NCBI GenBank assembly: GCA_023150835.1
Contig: JAKLKB010000022.1
Location: 1 to 64,000, forward strand
Direction of reading: 5' to 3'
Source of the DNA: Myxococcota bacterium
GTDB taxonomy: Bacteria; Myxococcota_C; UBA6777
DNA length: 64,000 bases
The notes beneath the pieces were generated by a model. The model was given only the letters and a program-made list of their open reading frames with translations. It had not been told where the DNA came from and searched no databases. A program made the position numbers and the translations under genes. This document shows, in pieces, positions 30,011 through 39,745 of the stretch. Position 1 is the stretch's first letter. Each line of letters opens with the position of its first letter.

Positions 30011-30104
30011 GATCCGCCCTCAACCTTCTTGGAGCAACAACTCGCACGATATCTTTGACAGCCGCAAGAAGATAGAAAAGAGCAAGGCGGCTCGCAAGAG
30101 GCAA

Positions 30105-31595
30105 TCAAGAGAGAGAGTGTGTTTTTCGCGAGACGCGGGTGATGCGCAACCACAGCGTCGCATGTGCGCCCCCTTCGGGGCGGTTGTTTAACGAAAAATC
30201 CCCGCCATGCAAGAAGCTGACTTGTCGGACAAAAGGCAGTCCAAGGCCCGTACCTTTTTTACCTGTGTCGGGATGTTCGAGAGAGTAAAAGCGATCCATC
30301 ACGCGGGGCAGCGCATACTCGGGGATACCGGGACCTGTGTCCGTCACATGGAAGGCGACTTGTCCATCGGGCGAGGACTCAGCGGTAAGGTGGATGGTGC
30401 CGTGGGCAGGTGTAAAGTGCAAGGCATTTTGGACGAGGTTGGCGAGGGCTTGGGCGATCAAGAAACGGTCCCCAAAGATCGGGGTGGGGGTGTCTTTGTG
30501 GATCGTGCGATCGAGCGTGATGCAACGTTTTTGGGCCTGAGGCAAGAAACGTTCGGAGATCTCGGCAAAAAGCTCTTCGAGGTCGATGGGTTCGTCTTTT
30601 TCGAGCGTGTCGCGTTGTTCGAGAGCAACGAGATCCAAGAGACGTTGGACGATATCGTGTAGGCGTCGCGTTTGATCGCTGATGTTGTTGAGAAAGTGGC
30701 GGCGCGTCTGTGCGGGCATATCTTCATCTTCGAGAAGCTCTGCGGCCCCTTGTATCGCGGATATCGGCGACTTGAGTTCGTGCGTGAGTTGGGTGACGAA
30801 GCGTTCGAGGTCTTGGCGTTCGATCAGGGCATTTTTCATCTCGACGAAGGCTTGAGTGAGTTCGCCGATCTCGTCATGCCCAACAGGGGGAGGCTCGACG
30901 CGACGGCCTTTGGTGATATCGCGTGCGTATTGAGTGAGCCGAAAGATCGGAAACAGCATCGCTTGGGTCAACAGCCATGTAGACAAAAAGACGATCACCC
31001 CACCGATCAACACTCCCCGAAACACCTTGGTTTGCGCACGTCGCGCCCATCCCACCAACGAGCTTTTCGAACGGCACACCGTCAAGGCCCCAAAGATCCG
31101 ATCTTCGCGCATCAGTGGAAAAGCCACAAACATCGCGTCCACCTGCCGCCCTTGTTCATCCACAAAATAGCTCGACGAACGCGCCCCATACTGGCCACGC
31201 AACGCACGAAACACATCATTCCAACGGCTATAATCCTTTCCCACCTCCGAAGGCAGCGTCGAATCGTAGCGCACAACGCCCTTGGTATCGGTCAAATAAA
31301 CTCGTGTGTCTAGCTGTTTCTTTTCCCATTCGTAGATCCGCGCACGCAACGCCCCTTGACGCAAACGCTCGATCACTCCCGCAAGATCGCTACCATTGAA
31401 ACCTTCGGGGCCTTTGCTCTTGGGGATATCGCGCTCCACGATCCGCGCCAACGTATAAGCATGCTCCACCATCCCATCTTCCATGATCCGCAAAAATTGT
31501 GGTCGGATGTTCTCAAACAGCCAATCATAGGCCGCATAACCACACCCCAAACACAACAACATCAACCCCAACAACACCTTGATCCGCAACCCCAT
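30105..31595 (-). CDS. creC: Sensor histidine kinase CreC
   Basis: RVYLTD...GKDYSRWNDV..ALRGQYGARS periplasmic signature; THELKSP H-box; NLVQNA, DTGPGIP and GTGLGL. Confidence 0.92.
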   Translation of the reverse strand: MGLRIKVLLGLMLLCLGCGYAAYDWLFENIRPQFLRIMEDGMVEHAYTLARIVERDIPKSKGPEGFNGSDLAGVIERLRQGALRARIYEWEKKQLDTRVYLTDTKGVVRYDSTLPSEVGKDYSRWNDVFRALRGQYGARSSSYFVDEQGRQVDAMFVAFPLMREDRIFGALTVCRSKSSLVGWARRAQTKVFRGVLIGGVIVFLSTWLLTQAMLFPIFRLTQYARDITKGRRVEPPPVGHDEIGELTQAFVEMKNALIERQDLERFVTQLTHELKSPISAIQGAAELLEDEDMPAQTRRHFLNNISDQTRRLHDIVQRLLDLVALEQRDTLEKDEPIDLEELFAEISERFLPQAQKRCITLDRTIHKDTPTPIFGDRFLIAQALANLVQNALHFTPAHGTIHLTAESSPDGQVAFHVTDTGPGIPEYALPRVMDRFYSLEHPDTGKKGTGLGLPFVRQVSFLHGGDFSLNNRPEGGAHATLWLRITRVSRKTHSLS

Positions 31596-31651
31596 CCACG
31601 ATTCTCCCCATCCATCCGCAATCTTCTTGATGCAAACTCCTGCCCACCACG

Positions 31652-32350
31652 CTACAGTTCGAGCGCATAACCCACACCGCGCACCGTTCGGATCGGGTCG
31701 TCTTCGTCGCGGATCGCACGCATCTTTTTGCGGATGCTCTTGATGTGCGCATCCACTGTCCGATCCATCGTCATCTCAGGCTCTTCCCAAGCCCGTGACA
31801 AGATCTCTTCGCGTGAAAAAACTTTGCCGGGTCGCCCCAAAAACAACGACAACAAACGGTACTCGTAGCGCGAAAGGTCCAAAGCTTCGCCATAATAGGA
31901 GATGCGCATCTTCTCTTTGTCTTCGACAAACGGGCCGATCGCTTGGGGAGGTTCTTCGGAGGCATCGCTTTCGCTGTGAGGCCCACCCACGCGCCGAAGA
32001 ATCGAGCGGATACGCGCCACCACTTCACGCGGCGAAAACGGCTTGGTCACATAATCGTCCCCCCCAAGCTCCAACCCGATGATCCGATCGACTTCTTCCG
32101 CTCGCGCACTCAAAAACAAGATCGGCACTTGGCTTTCTGCACGGATCTCTCGGCAAAGATCCAAACCGTTGCAATCTGGTAAGCCGATATCCAACACCAC
32201 CAAAGAAGGCCGATGCCCTCGAAACCACGCCAGCCCTTCGGCTCCTGTCATCGACCAATGCGTGCCAAAGCCTTCCCGACCCAACGCATACAACAGCGTT
32301 TCCGCAATCGGTCGCTCATCTTCGATCATCAAGATCGTTTCTTTGCTCAT
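31652..32350 (-). CDS. creB: OmpR-family response regulator CreB
   Basis: IEDE, LDIGLPD, DDYVTKPFSPREV, DRTVDAHIK and TVRGVGY; adjacent to creC. Confidence 0.9.
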   Translation of the reverse strand: MSKETILMIEDERPIAETLLYALGREGFGTHWSMTGAEGLAWFRGHRPSLVVLDIGLPDCNGLDLCREIRAESQVPILFLSARAEEVDRIIGLELGGDDYVTKPFSPREVVARIRSILRRVGGPHSESDASEEPPQAIGPFVEDKEKMRISYYGEALDLSRYEYRLLSLFLGRPGKVFSREEILSRAWEEPEMTMDRTVDAHIKSIRKKMRAIRDEDDPIRTVRGVGYALEL

Positions 32351-32394
32351 GATTTTTCCTCGCCGGTGCGCCAAAACAAAGACACACAAGGCCG

Positions 32395-33165
32395 CTACAG
32401 TTCGGTCAGTCGCAGCACATAGTAAGCAAAAGGCGTTTGCCCAGTCGGGCATGTTGAGCCACGCCAGTTGAAGCGATTGATCGAAGCCGCCCGATAGCGG
32501 TGCTTTTGATCGTCTCGCACTTCCGTCACTTGGCCCGGGGAAAGACGAAACGATTGGCTCGATGTCTCCAACAACAGATCCCGATACACTTTGGTTCCAC
32601 AAGTATCCAACTGCGTTCCAGCTTCGGTGGTGGTGTCTTCTTTGATCTGAAACTGCCCAAAACGCTCGTCCTTGAGCAAGGTGCCTCCCGCACCGCTCGT
32701 CACCGTAAACAACAGCGAACCGTCTTTGTGTGTGATCAACATCGCGTACCCTTGGCCGAGTTTGTCTGCTTCAAGATACAACAGCCTGATCGGCGTGGCT
32801 TGCGTCAACGGAGCATTGTCATCCCCGGGAAGCCGATAATACAGGTCGTGCCGCGCTCCTGTCGTGTCCAAGATACCGATGCGCTGGTTAAAACGGCAAG
32901 CCGTACAACCCGACACAGGATCTTCCCCCGGACTCACCACTGCCAACGAATCGATCGCCCCTTCGATCTCCCAACGACACGGGACATTGGGGGTCGCCTC
33001 CGAGCATCCTGCCGCTTTTTGCGCCGTCACCAAACGAAAGATCGCCTCCGACAACGGTACGATCGGCTTTCCACAACCCCACACACACCACAAGATCACA
33101 CAGCCCCACAACCACCACACACCTCGATTCACTCGGTGCGCTCGCTCCCTTCGTCTATCCTCCAT
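32395..33165 (-). CDS. Hypothetical lipoprotein
   Basis: Hydrophobic signal ending VWGC; co-oriented immediately upstream of creB; start uncertain. Confidence 0.65.
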   Translation of the reverse strand: MEDRRRERAHRVNRGVWWLWGCVILWCVWGCGKPIVPLSEAIFRLVTAQKAAGCSEATPNVPCRWEIEGAIDSLAVVSPGEDPVSGCTACRFNQRIGILDTTGARHDLYYRLPGDDNAPLTQATPIRLLYLEADKLGQGYAMLITHKDGSLLFTVTSGAGGTLLKDERFGQFQIKEDTTTEAGTQLDTCGTKVYRDLLLETSSQSFRLSPGQVTEVRDDQKHRYRAASINRFNWRGSTCPTGQTPFAYYVLRLTEL

Positions 33166-33537
33166 CCTTCAATCCTTTCTTCTTCACATACGACCCGTAC
33201 ACACACCGCACAACGCTTCGTCACCTGCGCCAAACTCGGGCCCATCGTCGCCCAAAAACAGCCTCCACACAAGGGCCTTGATCGACCGCCATCCGCGTAC
33301 GCAACTGCCGCTTCGTTGCACTTCTTCTTGCCCTTGTTTTGCCACTCCGCTACCATCCCCTTGTTTTCTTGTGCATCGCGTTTGAGTATATTTTTGCCCA
33401 CAACGTTTGTCCGATCCGTGGCAGGTGCGGGCAGCTTGTGCAAGCGCCAACAGGTCGAGTCTGTTTTTGCCCACAACTTTTGTCCGATCCGTGACGAAAA
33501 TGGGCCACCAGCTTTGAGCAAACAGGAACCGAAGCCC

Positions 33538-35583
33538 ATGCAACGTACCATCCCCCCCCCACCCAAAGCACAAGGGTCGATCTTGCTCGAAGACCCTTTC
33601 TTGGGCATGGAGATCGGTGCGCTGCGCATCATCGAATTGATCGGAGAAGGCGGATTTGGGGCCGTTTACAAAGCACTCAACCTCCACACTCAAACCCACC
33701 AAGCCATCAAGATCCTCCGCGTCAACCGCAATGCCCACCTCAAACAAGCCATCCACGAACGCTTTCAACGCGAAGCGCATATCCTTCAACAACTCGATCA
33801 CCCCTACATCGTACGCAGCGGTGAGTTCGGCCAGATCGCCGATGGCGTGTTTTACCTCGTCATGGAATACCTACAAGGCGAATCCCTTCACGAACGACGC
33901 TTGCGCCTCCAACAAATCCCACCCACCGACCTTTTGCGCTGGCTGCCCCAACTCGGTTCAGCCCTTCAATACATCCACCAACGCGAGATCATCCACCGCG
34001 ATCTCAAACCCGAAAACCTCTTCCTTCACCGCGCCCACCCCCACAGCGAAGAAGTCCTCAAGCTCCTTGACTTCGGTATCGCCAGCGCTGCTGCCGAAAG
34101 CTCCATCACCCAAACAGGAAAAGCCTTCGGCAGCCCGTTGTATATGTCCCCCGAACAAGTCAAAGGCGAAGGCAAACGCGCCACTCCCCAAACCGATATC
34201 TATTCCCTTGGCGTCATCCTTTTTGAAGCTCTCACAGGCGTCCCCCCCTGTCAAGGCGAAGGCCCCGCCCTCATGTTCGCCCACCTCATGACCCCACCCC
34301 CCCGCCTCTCGCACATCTGCCCCAACATCCCTTGGAACGCTCCGATCGAACAAACCCTCCAACGCGCACTCGCCAAAGAACCCGAAGAACGCTGGCCCAC
34401 GATCCAAGCCATGCTTCAACCACTCCTACAAGGACTCCAACAACTCGCCCTCGAACTCTCAAACAAAACCTCAGGGGATCTCTCTCGCCTCACCGCCCCT
34501 CAGCGCGGCACCTCCGCTTTTGCACAATCCCCCCCGCTTTCGCGCTCTCCCGATCTGCTCCACCAAGACGACGACGATCACCACCAAACCGCCGCCATGA
34601 CGCCCCCTGCGCTCGCTCACCTTTCCATCCTCTCCGATCCCTTCGCCCAAGAAGAAGCCACCCTCGCCAAACCCAGTTCGCGCATCGGCTCTTTCGACCA
34701 GCTACCCGCAACCCAACAACTCACCTCCACACAAGAAGAGATCGAAGTCGCTTTCATCGAGCAAGACGAGATCCTCGACCTCGACACCGCTCACGCCGAT
34801 CTCGATCTGCCCTCTTTCCGCGCACCCATGACGCCCCTCCCTCGCCATACCACGATCCCTTCTCCCCCCGTCCCGCCCCCTGCCCCACCGCTCAAGTCTC
34901 CCCATCTTCCGCTGTCTTCGGCCTCCCCTCACATCCCGCCGCCTCCTCCTCCCTCTCGGCCTCTCACTCCTGCTCCCCCTTCTTTTGGGCACGCTTCGCT
35001 GTCCTCTTCGGCTTCGCCTCCTCAAACCCAAGCGGCCTCCTCCCCTTCGCCGCTTTCTTCCCATCCACCGCTTCCCTTCACACAAACAACGTCCACGCAA
35101 CAAGCCACCACGCAAGCTCTTTCTGCGATCGCACCTTCACGTTCCACCGCACTCCCTTGGTTGTTGCTGATCTTGGGATTCGTTCTTTTGCTCTTTGGCC
35201 TTGTTCGCTTGCTGTTCAACGACGAGATCCACCGCGCCGAACAAGTCTTACCCCACGAACAAGCCTTCCCTTCAAAATCCACACAGACCCAACCTCCCGC
35301 ACCACACTCGCAAACTTCCCCCTTTTCTCCCGATGGACGGCCTTCTTCACAAAACCCAAACCCACACACCGTTCCGTCCACTTCGCAAAAACGCCACCCC
35401 GCGCAGCATCCATCGCACACTCCCCCCTTTGATCCCAAACATCACCGCAAACAGCCTTCCCTCAAACGCTTCGGAAAACAAAGACCGCTTCTAAAGAAAA
35501 AGAAGAAAAAAACCACATCACCCCAACACCGCAAAAAAGACCCCCGTGGCCTGTTTGAATTTGAACCCGAACTTTCACCTTAA
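33538..35583 (+). CDS. Hanks-type Ser/Thr protein kinase with Pro-rich linker and C-terminal TM
   Basis: GEGGFGAVY, AIK, HRDLKPEN, DFG, YMSPEQ and DIYSLG; TM LPWLLLILGFVLLLFGLV; start set at MQRTIPP. Confidence 0.93.
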   Translation: MQRTIPPPPKAQGSILLEDPFLGMEIGALRIIELIGEGGFGAVYKALNLHTQTHQAIKILRVNRNAHLKQAIHERFQREAHILQQLDHPYIVRSGEFGQIADGVFYLVMEYLQGESLHERRLRLQQIPPTDLLRWLPQLGSALQYIHQREIIHRDLKPENLFLHRAHPHSEEVLKLLDFGIASAAAESSITQTGKAFGSPLYMSPEQVKGEGKRATPQTDIYSLGVILFEALTGVPPCQGEGPALMFAHLMTPPPRLSHICPNIPWNAPIEQTLQRALAKEPEERWPTIQAMLQPLLQGLQQLALELSNKTSGDLSRLTAPQRGTSAFAQSPPLSRSPDLLHQDDDDHHQTAAMTPPALAHLSILSDPFAQEEATLAKPSSRIGSFDQLPATQQLTSTQEEIEVAFIEQDEILDLDTAHADLDLPSFRAPMTPLPRHTTIPSPPVPPPAPPLKSPHLPLSSASPHIPPPPPPSRPLTPAPPSFGHASLSSSASPPQTQAASSPSPLSSHPPLPFTQTTSTQQATTQALSAIAPSRSTALPWLLLILGFVLLLFGLVRLLFNDEIHRAEQVLPHEQAFPSKSTQTQPPAPHSQTSPFSPDGRPSSQNPNPHTVPSTSQKRHPAQHPSHTPPFDPKHHRKQPSLKRFGKQRPLLKKKKKKTTSPQHRKKDPRGLFEFEPELSP

Positions 35584-35601
35584 AAGCGAAAGCGAGACAC
35601 G

Positions 35602-36657
35602 ATGCACCGACACCCCAAGATGCTTTGGTGGATCTGGTTTTTTTTCTGTGGCGTCTCTGTGATGTGTTCGACCTCTGCGCCTTTACGCGCAAACCAAGCC
35701 TCTCTTGAAAGCCTCTATCAAAACGGAAAACGCTTGGTTGTCCAAAAAGAATACAACGAAGCGTTGCGCGTCTTTGGGCGTGTTTTGGTGTTGATGCAAA
35801 AGCAAGAACAGGCACAAACGACGGCCAAACAACGCGAACACTGGCGGCAACAACGTGCGCGCTTGTTGTATGTGATCGGTCGCACCAGCGAATATGCCTC
35901 TTTGTGGGCCGATGCCTACCGCGCTTATCGCGGTAGCGAGTCGCTCAAACCCAGCGACGCCATGCGCAATGCCATCCGCAAGCGCATCCAAGCCCTTCTC
36001 TCCCACATACCCGCCACCCTCACGCTCCACACAGAGCCCGAACAAGCCGAGATCGAATTGATCGATGCCCAAGGTCGGGTCCATCAAGGAAAAAGCCCCC
36101 TCAAACTCACACTCCCCCCCGGCTCCACCACCTTCTCTATCCAACAAAAAGGCTACGAGACCAGAAAACGTCGTCTCTCCCTCGACCCCCTCCAACACAC
36201 GCAACTTTTTCTCGAATTGCTTCCCCTTCAAACAGCGCAACAGTCGAACGCTCCGCCCTCGACTTCGTGGCGTGTTCCTGTCGCGTGGGCCAGCGTCGGG
36301 ATGGGACTCGCTTCTTCCATCGCGAGCATCGCCTTGATCGCCGTCTCTCAACAACAACTCGCGGCCTACGACGCCCAACGCGCCTCCCCGAAAGCCACCG
36401 CCCAATTCGCCCTCGACCCCGAGCGCTTTGTCGATCCGCTGCGCAGCGCACAAAGCACCGAAGCCGCCAGCATCGGAACATTCGCAGGGGCCTGTGTTTT
36501 CTTTGGTCTCGCCGCTGCGCTGCTCTTTTGGTCTCCCCCCAAGCCTCCATCCACCGCCGCATTGCCCTCTCCAACATCCTTCCTTCCCGCCCCCTCGACC
36601 TCTCCAATCGTCGCCACTTCCCCGCCACTCCCGCAACGCCTCTATCGGATCCCTTAA
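35602..36657 (+). CDS. TPR/PEGA-domain membrane protein
   Basis: Signal peptide, TPR-like helices, LHTEPEQAEIEL...GKSPL...KGYE PEGA pattern, two C-terminal hydrophobic helices. Confidence 0.8.
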   Translation: MHRHPKMLWWIWFFFCGVSVMCSTSAPLRANQASLESLYQNGKRLVVQKEYNEALRVFGRVLVLMQKQEQAQTTAKQREHWRQQRARLLYVIGRTSEYASLWADAYRAYRGSESLKPSDAMRNAIRKRIQALLSHIPATLTLHTEPEQAEIELIDAQGRVHQGKSPLKLTLPPGSTTFSIQQKGYETRKRRLSLDPLQHTQLFLELLPLQTAQQSNAPPSTSWRVPVAWASVGMGLASSIASIALIAVSQQQLAAYDAQRASPKATAQFALDPERFVDPLRSAQSTEAASIGTFAGACVFFGLAAALLFWSPPKPPSTAALPSPTSFLPAPSTSPIVATSPPLPQRLYRIP

Positions 36658-38255
36658 AACACCGCTCCCTCCCAATGCTCGGGAGAGATGGCGTTGCCTT
36701 GGATGATCTGGCTGTACAATTCGGCACTCTTTCGGGGAGTCCGTTGGAAGCCGTGTAGATAGTCGATGTGGATCAAGCCAAAGCGAGAAGTAAAACCTTC
36801 GGCCCACTCGAAGTTATCGAGCAGCGACCAATGAAAATATCCGCGTACATCGGCCTTTGCATGATGGATGGCGTTCCAGACTTCGCGCAGATGGGTGACA
36901 AGAAAGTGTTGGCGTTGTGTATCGTCCAAAGACCGACAATCGATCCCATTTTCAAGGACATAGATCGGGCGTTGGTAGCGTTGGTGGGAGGCTTGGAGGA
37001 TGCGATAAAAACCGTGTGGATACAACGCCCAATCAAGATCGCTTTTGCGTTCGTTGGGATCGTGTGGATCGTGCATCAATAGCGAAAATCGTTGCGGTGA
37101 AAAAACGTCGCTTTTTAAGTAGAATCGGCCATAATAGTTGATGCCAACATAGTCCATTTTTCCTGCCAGTCCGGGGATCTTTTGAAACGGCGTTCCCATG
37201 ATCTTGTAAGTGCCTGTATGGATGGCGTCGAGAAAGTCCCAGACAAAGGACTGTTCGGCGATCCGCGCCGCCAAACGGTCGAGAGGTGCGCCGTTTCGGT
37301 AGGGTTCAAAGGCGCGGGTGTGCTTGGCGATCCCGATCTCGATGCTCTTGTTGCGCTTGGCGGCATCGGCCTTGAGGATATCGTAAGCAAGCGTATGGGC
37401 CTCCAAAAGTCGCACCGCAAGACGGGCCACAGCCAACAATCCCCCTTTTCGCTGCTCGTGTGGAGGAAAGACGCCGACAAGATAACTCGTGTACAACCAT
37501 CCCACAGGCTCATTGAGCGTACACCAATGCGCGCAGCGTCCGCCAAAATGCGCGGCCACCCCCCGCACGAAACGGCCAAACTGTTCGAGCGCATCGTTGC
37601 GTTCCCATCCGCGTTTCCCCTGTTTTTCTTCCCAAAACCACGCTGGCGTGGTGAAGTGAAACAGCGTCACCGACGGCTTGATCCCAAGGGCCTCCAGTTT
37701 GTCGAAGATCGCCCCATAATAACGCAGCCCTTCCTCGCTGGCCTCTGTTTGCTCGGCTGTCGGGAAAAGACGCGCCCAACAGATCGAAAAGCGGTAGGCA
37801 TTGTGTTTCATTGCAGCGGCAGTATCGAGGTCTTCGCCAAAGCGTGTATCGTAATCTGTTTTCTTGGCGATCACCTCCGCAGGATAATCCCCAAGCTGAT
37901 GGATATGCCCGGTGTTGTTGGCCTGCGGCGAGTATTTCTCGAAATGTCCCTCGGCGAGAGCGCGCTTTTCAAAGGCCGTCCAGTCGGTGTTTTGCTGGGA
38001 CTCCACTTGTTGCGCAGCGGTCGCTGTCCCCCACAAAAACCCTTCGGGAAACTGATATGGCGGCGCATCCGTAAAAGGCGAAAGATAGTGTGGGTGACGC
38101 AATGCCCCGATCCATCGAAGAAACCACCACACAACCACGCCACCCAAAACCAAGACACCCAACAGATACCACACCCTGCGCCTCCTTGCAGACAACAACG
38201 ACACCTTTTTCGCCAAACTTCTCCACAAGCCACCATTCCCCTCCCCCCCCAACAT
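36654..38255 (-). CDS. Glycoside hydrolase family 1 with N-terminal membrane anchor
   Basis: FPEGFLWGTATAAQQVES, YRFSICWAR, TLNEP (acid/base), VLENG (nucleophile) and WSLLDNFEWAEG; start uncertain. Confidence 0.9.
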   Translation of the reverse strand: MLGGEGNGGLWRSLAKKVSLLSARRRRVWYLLGVLVLGGVVVWWFLRWIGALRHPHYLSPFTDAPPYQFPEGFLWGTATAAQQVESQQNTDWTAFEKRALAEGHFEKYSPQANNTGHIHQLGDYPAEVIAKKTDYDTRFGEDLDTAAAMKHNAYRFSICWARLFPTAEQTEASEEGLRYYGAIFDKLEALGIKPSVTLFHFTTPAWFWEEKQGKRGWERNDALEQFGRFVRGVAAHFGGRCAHWCTLNEPVGWLYTSYLVGVFPPHEQRKGGLLAVARLAVRLLEAHTLAYDILKADAAKRNKSIEIGIAKHTRAFEPYRNGAPLDRLAARIAEQSFVWDFLDAIHTGTYKIMGTPFQKIPGLAGKMDYVGINYYGRFYLKSDVFSPQRFSLLMHDPHDPNERKSDLDWALYPHGFYRILQASHQRYQRPIYVLENGIDCRSLDDTQRQHFLVTHLREVWNAIHHAKADVRGYFHWSLLDNFEWAEGFTSRFGLIHIDYLHGFQRTPRKSAELYSQIIQGNAISPEHWEGAVF

Positions 38256-38455
38256 CGTGCGGCTCTCCACCGCAGACAGCAAGAGCCACCCCACGATCAA
38301 ACACGCGTTGCGCCCAAGCATCGAAACCTTGTGTGACGAGATCGAAACGTACAAGAGCCGCCCCGCGATCAAAAACGCGTTGCGCCTGTGACGCATCTCT
38401 TGTATATCTGCCGAGGTTGTGTAGCCTCTTGGTGGAAAACGACCCCGACACGTGG

Positions 38456-38575
38456 AACCCCGTGTTCGCGCCACTCCAAGCGAGAGAGTCGTTGTGTTGA
38501 AAAACCGTGATCTCTTCGCCGACATCGGGGTCAAGGGGACGGAGTTCCCTTGCGGGGCGTGGTACCTCGCCCCAC
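38456..38575 (-). repeat. ~120-bp dispersed double-hairpin element (copy)
   Basis: Reverse strand: GTGGGG..CCAC GCCCCG CAAGGGAACTCCGTCCCCTTG ACCCC..TCGGCG..TTCAAC..CGCTTG..GCGCGAACACGGGG. Confidence 0.85.
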
Positions 38576-38632
38576 AAAACTTATCCAACAAAAACCCCAA
38601 CAACCCCTATCCAAATTCAAAAACATGGAGTG

Positions 38633-39691
38633 ATGGCGCGAATGACATCTTTGGAAGCGATCTTTGATTTTCTGGCGACGGGTCAACCACCGCATCGGGA
38701 CGCGGGGATCTTTGGGGCGACGATCCCGCCCGAAGAGGCGCGGATCCATCTGATCGGCGTGCCTTGGGACGCGACTTCTTCGTATGGCCAAGGCTCCCAT
38801 GCGGCCCCTGCGGCCATCCGCAGCGCAAGCCACCAATTAGACTTGCTCGATCGCGTCTTTGGTCGGGTTTATCGAGCGGGTATCGTGCTGGATGTGTTGC
38901 ACGAGATCGCCGAAAGCAATGCGATCGCACGCACCAAAGCCGACCAAGTCATCGCCTCTTTAGAAGGGGGTGAGTCGCCTGATCCCGATATCCTTGCCCA
39001 AGTCAACGCGCTTTCTGATGACGTTAACCACAAAGTCTACGAAGCCGTCAAAGCCAGCCAAAGCCAAGGCCGATTTGTCGGATTGGTCGGAGGAGAACAC
39101 AGCATCCCCTTTGGTGCGATCAAGCGGATGGCTGAGGTGTATCCGTCTTTTGGCATCTTGCATCTCGACGCTCATCACGATCTGCGCGATGCTTACGAAG
39201 GATTTACACACTCGCACGCTTCGATCTTTTACAACGTGATGCACGACTTCCCACAAGTCGAGCGCCTTGTCTCTGTCGGCATCCGCGACTTCAGCGCCGA
39301 TGAAGCCAAACTTGCCGAAGATTCCAACGGGCGCATCCGCGTTTGGTATGACGAAGACTTGTTTGCACAAAAAGCCGAAGGAACGACGTTTTCGAAGATC
39401 ACGGATCAGATCTTGGCCGCATTGCCCGAGACGATCTACCTCAGCGTCGATATCGATGTCTTGTCCCAAGCCGACTGCCCCAACACGGGAACGCCTGTGC
39501 CGGGTGGTCTGAGCTTTCACGAAGTCGTGTACCTACTCCATCGCCTCGGTCAAAGCGGCCGCAAAGTGATCGGCTTTGATCTCGTCGAAGTCGTCCCGAG
39601 CGAAAACAGCGAATGGGATCTCAACGTCGGAGCGCGCTTGCTTTACAAGCTTTGTGGCGTCTTGGCCCATACCCAAGGGCTTCTGCGCTAG
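38633..39691 (+). CDS. speB: Agmatinase (ureohydrolase family)
   Basis: GGEHS, LDAHHD, SHAS, VGIR, SVDIDVL, TGTPVPGGL and DLVEV. Confidence 0.85.
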   Translation: MARMTSLEAIFDFLATGQPPHRDAGIFGATIPPEEARIHLIGVPWDATSSYGQGSHAAPAAIRSASHQLDLLDRVFGRVYRAGIVLDVLHEIAESNAIARTKADQVIASLEGGESPDPDILAQVNALSDDVNHKVYEAVKASQSQGRFVGLVGGEHSIPFGAIKRMAEVYPSFGILHLDAHHDLRDAYEGFTHSHASIFYNVMHDFPQVERLVSVGIRDFSADEAKLAEDSNGRIRVWYDEDLFAQKAEGTTFSKITDQILAALPETIYLSVDIDVLSQADCPNTGTPVPGGLSFHEVVYLLHRLGQSGRKVIGFDLVEVVPSENSEWDLNVGARLLYKLCGVLAHTQGLLR

Positions 39692-39745
39692 GCCTTTGCC
39701 AACCTACACTCCTATCGTGTCACACCGACCAAGAGCCTGCGGACG

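Noticed and set aside
32500-33537. N-terminal 346 aa of the 1027-aa kinase ORF
   Set aside because: It overlaps the antisense lipoprotein gene and has no domain signal; the start was placed at 33538.
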